Shown here one piece after another: positions 1 through 11,745 of a stretch of DNA of 64,000 nt. Below the pieces are notes generated by a model. It saw only the letters and a list, made by a program, of their open reading frames with translations, was not told the origin of the DNA and did no database searches. Location: positions 23,562,001-23,626,000 of the forward strand of contig CM052832.1 of the NCBI GenBank assembly GCA_028534125.1, written 5' to 3'. Position 1 is the first letter of the stretch; each line of letters begins with the position of its first letter. Both the position numbers and the translations under genes were made by a program. The DNA comes from Lama glama (taxonomy: Eukaryota).

Positions 1-735
1 TAAATGCTCTGTGAGGGACAGCTGCACTGTTAACTGTGGGGAGGAGCCCATCAATGGATCCTGTTAATACCGCCAACAGTGGCTGCCGTATACTGAGTTA
101 CCACTGTGCACCGAGCATTGTAGGGGTAGGTAGACTTTTTGCTTAAACTCCCACAACCCTAATTTAATGTAAAATGTGCGGTTATTTAGGTAGAGTGTGT
201 GTTCAAGAGGTTGAGCTATTGACAAAGGCATCACAGAGAGAGACGTCAAGGAAACACTGGAGGAGGTGACATTCAGGCAGGTCTGGGAAATGAATTATAG
301 CTCACTGAGGTGCAGAGAGGCAGAGGGGTGCAGGAAGAAGAGATTCCCTTACACTTCTATGCTTTTTCTTCTTTTTGCCCCTGGACTTCCCACTGTGCTT
401 AAAACACCCAGAGGTTTTCTTGGTCATTGGTGGCAACTCTCAGAGCTGAAGAGATGGCTGACTCTTGACATAGTATATAGGCAGATAGGGGAGCTTGTTT
501 CTGTTTTGGGGGAAAAGGGGGGATTCAATAAACAGATAAATAATGTCCATAGGGTGACACCAGTCTTGTCACTTCCACAATTGAGTGTCACCTCCTCCAC
601 TGCAGCACTGCTGAAGGAGGCCCACTGACCAGTGTGCACTGTTTTAAACAGCTATTGTGTGTGACAGCACAGATTTACAAGGCCATGTGATTGAAAAGTA
701 ATTCACCATGAAGTTGCTTTAACAAGTGAATTCTC

Positions 736-821
736 TATATATGTGTATATGCATGACTGGGGCCTTGTGCTGTATACCAGAAATTGACACATTGTAACTG
801 ACTGTACTTCAATTAAAAAAA
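736..821 (+). mobile_element. Short 5'-truncated LINE-1 3' end with poly(A) and TSD
   Basis: ...ccagaaattgacacattgtaactgactgtacttcaattaaaaaaaaa; TSD aagtgaattctc (724-735) / aagtaaattctc (822-833). Confidence 0.75.
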
Positions 822-1227
822 AAGTAAATTCTCAGAGTATTTTTGTTTGGTGAAATTATGAGCAATAAGAACATTAGGAAAACCAAGGTCTTGCCCTCTC
901 AGAATTCACAACGTGGAAGAACAAGGGGAATCTCTCTCATACACACGCTCACGCAGTCTGGTACGACAGGGATGAAATTCAGGGTAAGAAGTGGTGTCCT
1001 TCAGAAAGGTTTCATAAGGGAGTGACATCTGAGATGACACTGAATAGTTTAATAAGGAGAAATCTGAAAGAGAGTAGGCTTTGACTCACAGCAAAATATC
1101 TGATGTGTATGTTCGGAAATATTTCTTTGCATGAAATTAAATTTTCTGGAGAGAAGTATTGGGTTAATCACTTTCTGCCTGGAGGGTGATTGAAAGATAT
1201 TAAAAATGATTTTGGAAAAATGTGTTG

Positions 1228-2617
1228 TTTTTTTTTTGCAAATAATGACAGTTTTATTTTTTCTTTTCCAATTCTTTTTTTTTTACATTTTTTTTATTGA
1301 GTAAGAGTCATTTTACAATGTTGTGTCAAATTCCAGTGTAGAGCACAATTTTTCAGTTATACATGAACAACATGAACATATATATATTCATTGTCACATT
1401 TTTTTTTCACTATGAGCTACCACAAGATCTTGTATGTATTTCCCTGTGCTATACAGTATAATCTTATTTATCTATTCTGCATTTTTAAATCTCAGTCTGT
1501 CCCTTCCCACCCCCTGCCGCCTTGGCAACCACAAGTTTGTATTCTATGTCTATGAGTCTGTTTCTGTTTTGTATGTATGTATTTATGTATGTATGTATGT
1601 ATTTAGATTCCTCACATAAGCGGTCTCATATGGTATTTTTCTTTATTTTTCTGGCTTACTTCACTTAGAATGACATTTTCCAGGAACATCCATGTTGCTG
1701 CAAATGGTGTTATGTTGTCGGTTTTTGTGGCTGAATAGTATTCCATCGTATAAATATACCACATCTTCTTTACTCAGTCATCTGTTGATGGACATTTAGG
1801 CTGTTTCCATGTGTTGGCTATTNNNNNNNNNNNNNNNNNNNNNNNNNNNNNNNNNNNNNNNNNNNNNNNNNNNNNNNNNNNNNNNNNNNNNNNNNNNNNN
1901 NNNNNNNNNNNNNNNNNNNNNNNNNNNNNNNNNNNNNNNNNNNNNNNNNNNNNNNNNNNNNNNNNNNNNNNNNNNNNNNNNNNNNNNNNNNNNNNNNNNN
2001 NNNNNNNNNNNNNNNNNNNNNNNNNNNNNNNNNNNNNNNNNNNNNNNNNNNNNNNNNNNNNNNNNNNNNNNNNNNNNNNNNNNNNNNNNNNNNNNNNNNN
2101 NNNNNNNNNNNNNNNNNNNNNNNNNNNNNNNNNNNNNNNNNNNNNNNNNNNNNNNNNNNNNNNNNNNNNNNNNNNNNNNNNNNNNNNNNNNNNNNNNNNN
2201 NNNNNNNNNNNNNNNNNNNNNNNNNNNNNNNNNNNNNNNNNNNNNNNNNNNNNNNNNNNNNNNNNNNNNNNNNNNNNNNNNNNNNNNNNNNNNNNNNNNN
2301 NNNNNNNNNNNNNNNNNNNNNNACCTGTTGACCTCTCCGTTGGAGAGGGGAGACCCAGCGAATGAGCGCCAGTCCTCCTTTGCTGCTCCCTCCCCCCAGA
2401 ATCGGTCCCACACTGTTTTGCTTTTTCTTCTTCCTTTTTTCCTTTTCTCCTACCAGATTTTTAGCATCTTTGTCTTTTGAAGAGGGCGATGTTCTGTCAG
2501 AGTTCAGCAGGTGCTCTGGTTGGCTGAGTGGGTCCATAGATGGGAGTTTTGTTGTATTTGTGGTTGAAGGTGAGCTACAAGCGTCCTTCTACTCCACCAT
2601 CTTGCTTCTCTACCCTC
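1228..2617 (-). mobile_element. LINE-1, probably near full length (3' end at ~1275-1822, 5' UTR at 2323-2617), middle hidden by the assembly gap
   Basis: typical L1 3' sequence on the minus strand (ggcttacttcacttagaatgac...catccatgttgctgcaaatgg...); after the gap the minus strand starts gagaagcaagatggtggagtagaaggacgc like an L1 5' end; flanking near-direct repeats aaaaatgtg(t/g)t..tttt. Confidence 0.8.
1823..2322. other. Assembly gap (500 N)
   Basis: run of N. Confidence 1.
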
Positions 2618-5600
2618 AAAAAAATGTGGTTTTTAATTTTCAAGAATAATTGTTTTATGTTTTATCTTTGTAACTAGACAGTTAGCAACTAGAAGACAAA
2701 AAACATGCCTGATGTGTAGTTGAGTTCCCTATAATACCTAAAACTGAGAAGAGTGGCAGCCAGGTATTTGTTGATTACTTTCTGGATTAAACATTTTATC
2801 CAAACATACAAGTAGAACGAATGAATGAAGGGTACAGAGGTCATGCAGTTGAAAGTATCTTTACATTTGGTTTTTATGGATCAGGGGCAGTGATGCCTTC
2901 TTGTTCTTCAAGGAACTTGGGAGATGCTTTCTCCTTTCCTCCCTCCCTCCCTCTCTTTCTTTCTTTCATTTTTTAAAATTGCAAATTGAATTTTGCTGAA
3001 ATACCAATGAGGTGGGACTTTTGGATAGGAGTGGGCTTTGACTCTGCTTTATTCTACTGCTAAGTCCTGGGGCTCCTTTGCTTCAGAGTGTATATCACCC
3101 AGCACATGCACCTTATTAAAACCAGCTTGTAGTAACTTTACTGGATGTTCAGTGGTTCACGAGGATGCAAAGCTAACATTTTTAAGTGCTGAAGGTGGAG
3201 CAGATGTGTACAGCAAGCTGCAGGGAATTAAATGCTGGTCTGAGTTTTATAAGTTGGAAACTAAGAAGGAGGAGTGGGACTCTGAGAAGGTGGAGTCACA
3301 TTCTATTGAGAACAATGAAGACAATGGCTTTCAGATTTTAAAGACAGTTGGGAAGCATTTGTACCTTTGGCTCTTTTTTTTATTGAAGGCTCTTGGACGG
3401 TGTGGATGGCTTTACAAAAAATGTCCTCACAGTGTTGACTGGCATTGATGAAATATGATGTTATACTTGGTTTCCAAATTTGATTTATTTTTTACTCAGT
3501 TGTGTACATTAAGTCCCCTGTCTCCTACTCTCTAGTTAAGATACTAATGTCCTAGTGACTTCATAATGAATAGGTGAAATAAGCATTTAGGAATTCTAAT
3601 GAAATGAGTTTGAAATCTTAAATAATGTATTTCTCTAGTCTAAAGTGTTAGTTTTGGGGGAAAAAAGATTTTATCTGAAGTAGTTAGATTTCAAGGAATA
3701 ACTCTCAAGAAAATGGTTTTGTTATCTCCTTTGAAATGTCAATGGATTTTGTATTAGACAATCAAAACTACTGTAATACCTGAGAAAATCATGTCCCCTT
3801 TTGTTACAAACCTTCTGTGATTAAATTAAAATTAATTTTGGAGGGGGGGGCAATGAAAAGAAATGGTTTGTGAACACTAGTGTATTTATAGTACTAACAA
3901 GGTTGCAAGGGAAATGATCTGGCTACCTAAGACAAATTATTTTAAACATCTTTAAAACTGTTATAGTAACAGTCATAACAAGTAGTTATTCTAGCAACAA
4001 ATAAACAGTTGTTCTAATTTCTGTACAAACTACAAATTATGCTTTATATGGCCATACTTGTTTATCCACACGAGCCATGGAACAGTGTGCAGAGAGTACT
4101 TATCTAGTGACCAAATCTGTATTTGACCGTTGAAGGAACCACAGTCCCCAAAAACGTGCATCTGAAAGTAACGAAACATTTAAAAATCTGTCTTGCAGTT
4201 TGAACTTCTGCTTTTCCATAAGTTTCTCACGTCCATGCCGTGTTCTTGTCTGCATTCCATCTCCTCCTGGTATTATGTCCGCTTATTGAAAACATATTAC
4301 ATACAGTGGCCTCTCTGTTTGAGGTGCTGACCCAGGCACTATGAGGTGCATGAGACAAAGTCCTTGCCCTCAAGAGGTTCACCTTTGGACTGAAGGTGAG
4401 ACCCACGCTAGAAGAACTAAGGCGTAAAATAGGACCACATGTGAACTAGTGCCACCGGAGCTACAGAGTGCTGGAGAATTTCATAGAAGGGGGTGATCAC
4501 TGGCATTAAAGAAAAAAAAAATGAGAAGAGGCTTTCTATTCAGTTGCTTTGAGTTTTTAGGGAAATCCCTCAGATTTCTGGGCTTCAACTTTACTACTGA
4601 TAAATGTTGAGTAAAATAATAACCTATACTCCATGACTGATGTGAGGGATGACCATTCAAAAATGCTTGTGATCAAAGGTTTTGAAATTCGAGACATGAT
4701 TCGGTTCAGGGAGAGGCCAGTATTTGGCAAGCAGAGAACACTTGTGTCTGCCAGTACCATCAGGACTTTCTCTTCTCTGCAGGATTTTAAGATTTGTCTG
4801 AATTTGAGGTGGGCGGGAGGCAGCAAATGCCTAAAATGAAAACGTCTTCCGTTTTATGTGCAAAAACAATTTTAAACTATTAACGGTTTGTTAGAAAGGA
4901 AAGTTGGCACAGAATTTGGAGTGATTATTAATGAGAGGTAGATCCTCATTTTGGGAGTGGATTTCATTTTATTTCAAGTAACATTACTGTGAATGTAAAT
5001 CTCTAGCTTTCTAGCCTTGAATGCAAAATAGCAAACTGTCAAAAATAAGTTTCAGCTAGGTATGCAACATTAACATACAGGGAATAAATGATTATTTTAC
5101 CATATATGGCAACTACGAAGAGGAATTCATTGCAACTCTAGGGGGAAACAGTGAAGATACTTAAAAATTGGAAAGTGGCCTCTGTTAGCCATTTGAAGTA
5201 AGGAGAGTTGACTTAGGTCAAAAAGAAAGGAAAATGTCCTGAGAAAGAAGGAAAAGTGTTATAAGATGCCATTAAAAGGAGGTTGTGGAGTCTCCTTTTC
5301 TGGAAATATTTAAAAACAAGAGAGATCTTCATCTCTCAGGAGAAGTGTTGAAGTCCAGTCCTGCCTTGAGGCAGGAAGATTAACTGGATTTCGCCCGTGT
5401 GGTCTCTCAAGCCAGTGGAAGAGCCCTCTAATGCAGTAAACATTTCACACTCTGTTGGCTGAAACTATTGTTTCATAGCTGTTTGTTTTAAGCTTGGTTA
5501 TTATAAGACCAGAGGGAATGTTTGTATAGGTAACAAAATTGAATTTGGATTTGAGGTTGATGCTGTAAATTGTATGTAAATTGTATGTGTACCTGAGTCA

Positions 5601-7954
5601 GTGTTAAAAGCATTAAAGTGTGTGTAGTCCTGAAACTATTCAGAGCATAACTCAGTCTTTTGATGATGTGGAAAGTACCTGCTTTCTTGCAAGGTCTTAA
5701 TGCCAATCATCAGTTAATACATAATTATAAAGCAACTGTTGTGGACACTGCAGGATACAAATATAAATTACGTTGGTTCCTGCTTTCAAGGATCTTAATC
5801 TCCCAGTAGAGATAAAACATATGCTCAGATCATATACATGATAAATGCAAAATAAAATAATTGGGATGGGAGTCATAAAAACAAGATTTAACAGTACTGC
5901 GAAAACTCAGAAAAAAAAAGGGAAAGCTAATCCCTTTGGATTTTACCAAGGAATGCTTCCTGGAAGAAAAATATGTCGAACTGGGCCAAAAGGAATATAA
6001 AGCATTTTGACGGGTGGAAACGAAGAAAATGACAGGAGTGGAATTATACCTACTAATTCCAAGGTACGGACAAGTTCAGCTGAAGCATAAGGAAGGTGGG
6101 GGGGCGTAGGCTGGAAAGGTCTCCTATGGCCAGTCTCAAATGGCAGGTCAGAGCGCTTGGGTTCTGATTGCTCATGGCTTAAGGGCTCTTGGAAAAGACT
6201 GAGCATGAGAGAGTCCCTGTCCATGGGAGGACTCTGATTTACTGCTAGGATCACAAGGGGGGACAGGCTGTCACAAGGAGACCAGGAAACTGGCTGCTGA
6301 GTCACCTGACCCAATTTTCTCAGTTAGTGATGTGCTGAGAAACACTAGTGTGTGTTAAGACAAGGCATGCCAATAGGTATTACTTAAGAAGGGGTCTCCT
6401 CATCCCTACAGTCTAGGGGAAAGGAAGTGCTCCGTGTGGCTGGGGAGGAGGCACCCAGGTGCAGCCTGTCAGTAGGCCCTTCTCCCTGCCGTGACGCTTA
6501 GTTGGAAGAAATCAGTATTGTACCCTGGGATCATTTGATTGGTTCCAGTCAGAATCTTAGTTATCAGGTTCAATGTTCTGTGTTCAGCAAGAAGAGACAG
6601 AATGTTCCATGGTTTCCAAGTATACTCTGGACCATGTCAGCCTCCTCCTGATCCTATTAATGACCCAACTGCACGGAACAGTGTGGGATGAACTCTTCTG
6701 AGAAGGGGAGAGTGTTTGTGTATTTGTTTGTTTTGTCCTGTCTTTTTGCTGGATCCTGAACTGGCCTAGACCTCCTGCCTCTCCCCTAGACTTGACTTTC
6801 CTTTCATTGGAAAACTTCATTAAGCGTCTAGAGCCCTCTGCAGGGGCCAGTTTCCCCTGCAGACCGCATACCAGAACAGAAGCCTGTCCTCGGTATTGTG
6901 GCCACTGTAGAAAAAAAAAAAGTCTTCTATATAAATGACATTTTACTTAATCCTTTTCCTTTTCTCACTTCCCTGCTTTTTCTCACTTCCCTGCCATTAA
7001 CCAATAAAGAATTGGGAGATAGAAACAAACCAAAAAGAAAGAAAGAAAGAAAGGATCTCCTCACCAAAATTAATTGGAGAAATAAAAAGGTTACACAATT
7101 TAAATGGGTTGATTTGCAGGAGGTCTATGTAGAGCCTTTAATATTGAGAATTGCATGGAAAATCTTAAATGGGGTAAAATATCTACCCTTTCCAACATGA
7201 TTTAATCTTTATTTCACGGACTATCTAATGAAACTGCTGTTCTCTGGAGCACACTTTGGGGAAGTTGCCCTGTGCGTTTCCTAGTGATGGCCGGAACATG
7301 AGTGGTGGTCACTGGCCTGGAAAACAGTGATTGGATGAGTGTCCTTACGGGGCAGCACCAGCCGTTCCTAGTACGTAGCAGGCATTCAGTAACTAGACAG
7401 AAAACTAATGCATGCAAGAGTGAATTACTGATTGATTAACAATACTTGGCCCAGGATGGGCATCCCAAGATTTCCGGGAATGTGGGGAGTTTTGACAAAG
7501 TTTCAGCTATGCTAGAATGGTAGTATCATGGAAAGTTAGAAGAAACTGGTTTAACGTTGATCACTTCAGTATTTCTTGCAAAGCCATGGAAGATCCAGCT
7601 AGAGGGTTTCAGCAGGTGCTGGAACTGTGGACTTGGGTGAGAAGTCATTGTTTTTTCCTCAAGAAATGTATCGTTAAAAAATTTTGGCTAAGATGTCTCC
7701 TTGTTTGAATTCTGGATAAGTAGCGATTTTCATATGCAACTTACTCTAATACAAAAAGATAACTATCAATTTAGTCTGAAAGAAACCTCAGGGTTAACAA
7801 AGCATCAAACCTATGGTGTTTTTTGTTTTTGTTTTTGTTTTTTAGTCAGACAATAGCAGGCATCCCCATTTTCATCAGTGAATTTTTTTTTCAGTCTGAT
7901 TTGCTCATGGAAGTTAATAAATTTTTAAGTTTAACATTTTGTTCTTTCATTCAG

Positions 7955-8015
7955 GTATTTGCATTTGATTATTGCTTTTGGTCCATGGATGAATCTAACA
8001 CTGCAAAATATGCTG
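7955..8015 (+). CDS. KIF13A: KIF13A coding exon (~exon 4), motor domain VFAFDYCFWSMDESNTAKYA(G)
   Basis: ttcattcag| acceptor, |gtaagt donor, 61 nt; kinesin-3 FAFDYCFWS motif; phase matches the next exon. Confidence 0.95.
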
Positions 8016-9861
8016 GTAAGTTGGCGTTCTCTCTGCACGTGACAGTTGGGCCTTTGGCCTCTTCTTCCATTATGTCTGTTTCCTTTAATTATTCTGGAGT
8101 TCTGTTTTTCCCATAAAAATTCGCACTCATCCTTTCCAATTCTAGCATGCGGGCTTTGCAGTCAATAAGATTTGACTTCAGCATCCAGCTCAGCCACTGG
8201 CTGAGAAGCCATGGGCAGGTCTTTTTTTTCAAACTCATTAGGCTTCAGGTTCTTCCTTGTAAAGGGGTATTCAGTGTCGTCAGAGGTGTTCGAAGGATAA
8301 GAGAGAATGGGGAACCACTTCAAGCCGTAAATGGAAGCTGTTGTCACCAGGTGAAGAGGTTTAATGTGCCAGGCCTTTCCCTGTCACTGACTTTCAGAGA
8401 ATGCACTGCTCCAGTTATACAAGCAAAGCATGGACGGTGTCGGTGTCTAGGACCCCTCACCTCCTGAGTGTTCTAAAGCAGTCAGTGTGATATGGGCTAA
8501 AACTGTACATTCCTCAGGGAAACATTGCCCCCTGGCCTCACATTTTGCTGTTGTTCCTCCCTTGAGGCATTTTATTGCTGTTTCGTTGAATACAAATGAC
8601 TGCTTATTTTATTATTTGTGATCGCAGAGGTATCTTAAACTTTCCTAGGAGTTACTACATTAGCTCAAGTGGGAAGCATTTGTTTTAGTGGAGGAAGTCT
8701 TTCATTTCTTCCTTTCTGATCGTGTCCCACTTTTCTTAGATAATATAGTCTTAACAGGGCTGTTTTCTCCTTATTTCTACTTATAAGAATATGAGCTGAA
8801 TGACTTTCTCATTTACTTAAAAAAAGAAAGAAAAAAAAGTGAGGGGATGATGGAGAGGATGTAGGTCTTAAAAGATTAGAAGGCAAAGCAAGTTACTTGC
8901 TTGTAGGAAATTTTATTTATTGGTAGCCTTTTCCTTGCCATGTAAAGCAAATTTGTTGAGAACGTACTTGGTAAATAATAAGGCTTTCTTCAAAAGTTAA
9001 TAGTCTTGAACAAGGAAAATTCCTTCTGTTTCTCACGTTGGGTAAATTAGCCTTTCTTTCCAAACATTATTTCGGCAACTTCAACAGTGTATTTTATTAA
9101 TGTGAATAAATAGTTCTTAGTGTTGGTTGTAATTAATTTGTTGTTGTTTTTTAATCAGTCCTTTGGGACTTTAGATAATGAATTCTGCAGAGTCTGGAAT
9201 GGTCTGTCTTGACTGTCAGCACTGTGTATATTTTTTTGCTGGGTGTGTGCTTTTGGACTTAAGTAAGCAAAAGTTAAACGCTTCATACTGTGATAGAAAC
9301 GATTGAGGACAAATGCAGTGGCTGTACAAAGCCCAATCTTACTCTGTTCTCTTGATGTTACTCAGGATATAGTCAAATACGGCTTTCTGAATTAAAACTC
9401 TTATTACGCAATTCTCAAATATTTTCAAGGACTCCTCATCACTTACAGATAAAATCTGTACTCCTTGGATGACGTTTAAGGTCTTTTATCATGTCGCCCA
9501 GTGTTCCTTCCATGACCTCTGCTCCATGACTCTCTGCTGCCCATTCTGTTCACCAGCCCCGTGTTGTTTGTTCCTTCTATTTAACCCAGAAAGCCAGAAA
9601 GTCTCAGAATAGTTCCTTAAGTATTTATGAGACCCCCTACTGTGTGTGCAGCCTAGGAAACCCTTGAAAATGAAGTTAGAAAGCAAATGAATGCGTAACA
9701 AACAGCAGTAAACATTTTGAGATAATCCTTAAACTCTAAATTTTACAAGTTTTAAGTCCTATAGAAAAGCCAAGGAGGGGCAAAAATCTGGAAAGGCTGA
9801 AGTTGTCTGGGAAGGCATCATAGAGGAGATGGGACTGAAGCTGGACATAAAAGTTTAGCAT

Positions 9862-10030
9862 GGGGGGAGGGGATAGCCCAGTGATAGAGTGTGTGCTTAG
9901 CATGCAGGAGGTCCTGGGTTCAATCCCCAGTACCTCGGTTAAAACAAACAAACAAATAAATAAATAAACCTAAAGTGAGATTGAAACTGGTAAAAGGTAC
10001 TTGATTAAAATGTTTTTTAAAAAAAAAAAA
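9862..10030 (+). mobile_element. tRNA-derived SINE (camelid Vic-1-like)
   Basis: A-box/B-box head ggggaggggatagcccagtgatagag...gggttcaatccccagtacc, (aata)n, poly(A), TSD-like ttagcat. Confidence 0.85.
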
Positions 10031-11514
10031 TTAGCATAGGTTTAGCCAAAGGGCAGTATGGAGGGCATCCAGACAAGAGGAAGCAATATGGTATCAAGGA
10101 AAGCACATGGACTCTGAAGTCCATCCTAAGTTTAAATCTCAGGATGCTTGCTTTGGTTCTCTTAGACAGTCTAATCTCTCTGAACTACAATTTCTCTTCT
10201 GTAAAATGGGGACCCTGGAAATGATAATACGTCTCTTACATATTGTTATAAGGGTTAAATAGGTAACTTAATGGGCTGACCCATGCAGGGTGCCCACAAA
10301 TGATGCTTCATTTGGCTTATCCGTAAGCGAAGATGCAGAAGTGGGGTGAGCATGGCATGTGGCACTGGTCTGAGCAGAAGGTGCCTCCTGCAGGGAATCT
10401 GTGGGAGACCTACTTGTACATGTTGACTGAGACCGATAATAGGAAAATTTAACTAAGACTAAGAAATGTAGACCGATACGGTGAAAAATAGGGGCTATTG
10501 GAGTGATACGGTTAAAATAATACTTTAGGAAGATTGTTTTTCTTTCTTTTCCATTTCTTTAGAATTACATCCTCCATTTCTGCCCAAAGAGACCATTGTA
10601 GCTTTCTGCAGTGTATCACTTGTGTCTCTGAATATAGGACAGACCTTCTTTTTTTTTCACTAGAAATAACTTTATTAAGTACTGTTGATGAAATTCAAAT
10701 GTGAAACCCAAGATTTCTGTAGCTCTTCATTATAAACAGTATGCTCAGAAATACTTTAAAAGACAAAAATGATTTTTAAACACACTGATAGGGTAAACTT
10801 TACTAAATTTTAGTTTGCTTGATCACATCAAATACCATGTTCCAATTAGCCCTGAAATAGGATTCTCTTGGCCAATGGAGCAGTGTCGATTTATAAAATG
10901 TGAGGAGAAGGTTTCTTATACTTTAGCTATCCCCATTATTGTACAAATGCTGTGACCACCCCAACAAAAAGTAAAATTCTTGCTTTCCATTGTCTCAGGT
11001 TTTGTTACACTCTTTGTAAAAATCTGCCTAGTAAATATATTACTAGTTGATTGGTTTCTATACTAATTTGATTTCCTTTCCTCTTTAGTTAAGAAGAAGC
11101 AATTCCTTTTCAGTTGTGAATAGAAACATTAAGATAGAAGAATTCATTCTCTGATGGGACATAGAGGAAACAGAGAAGGGGAAGCACATAGTTCCTGAAG
11201 CCGACCTATTTATCAGGCTTAGTGAATAATGGCATCATTGATACTGAATCCAAGCTCTTGAGGCAACTCTCAGAACTTGGGGGAGGGGTGTGCAGAGAGC
11301 AGGAGGGAGAGGGGAGAGGGAGAGATGAGTACATGGATTGAAAGAGCGAAGAGAGGCCGAGGCTGTCCGTTTCATGGACTGTGTCCAGGGTTAAATCCTC
11401 AATTATGTTTTGTGTCACTCTGTTTATTAAAAGCTACAGCAAGTAAGAGCTTCAACTCTCAGGCTGATTTAGAAATACATTAATTCTATATAAAGTTGTA
11501 ATGGCACTGCAGTG

Positions 11515-11745
11515 GGCTGGTTGGAAGTCAGACAGCCTGGGTTCCACCCCTGCCCCCAGCACCTTTCATCTGTGTAAGGTCGGGTGAATTACTGACTCTC
11601 ACAATGCTTCTGTTTCCTCTTAGGTTAAATAAAGATGATGATAGTTCCGACCTCATTGGGTTGATTTGAGGACTGTGTGACCTGTTTGTGTAAAGTGCTT
11701 AAGTCCACACTAGGTACACAGGAAGGGCTCACTTAATATTTATCA
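11515..11745 (+). mobile_element. MIR SINE
   Basis: agtcagacagcctgggttcc...tctgtttcctc...aaagtgctta core. Confidence 0.6.

Noticed and set aside
1796..2537. Four long ORFs (184-239 aa)
   Set aside because: Artefacts of the 500-N gap; almost entirely X
6837..6863. 10-bp hairpin tctgcagggg/cccctgcaga
   Set aside because: Too short for a pre-miRNA and no other support
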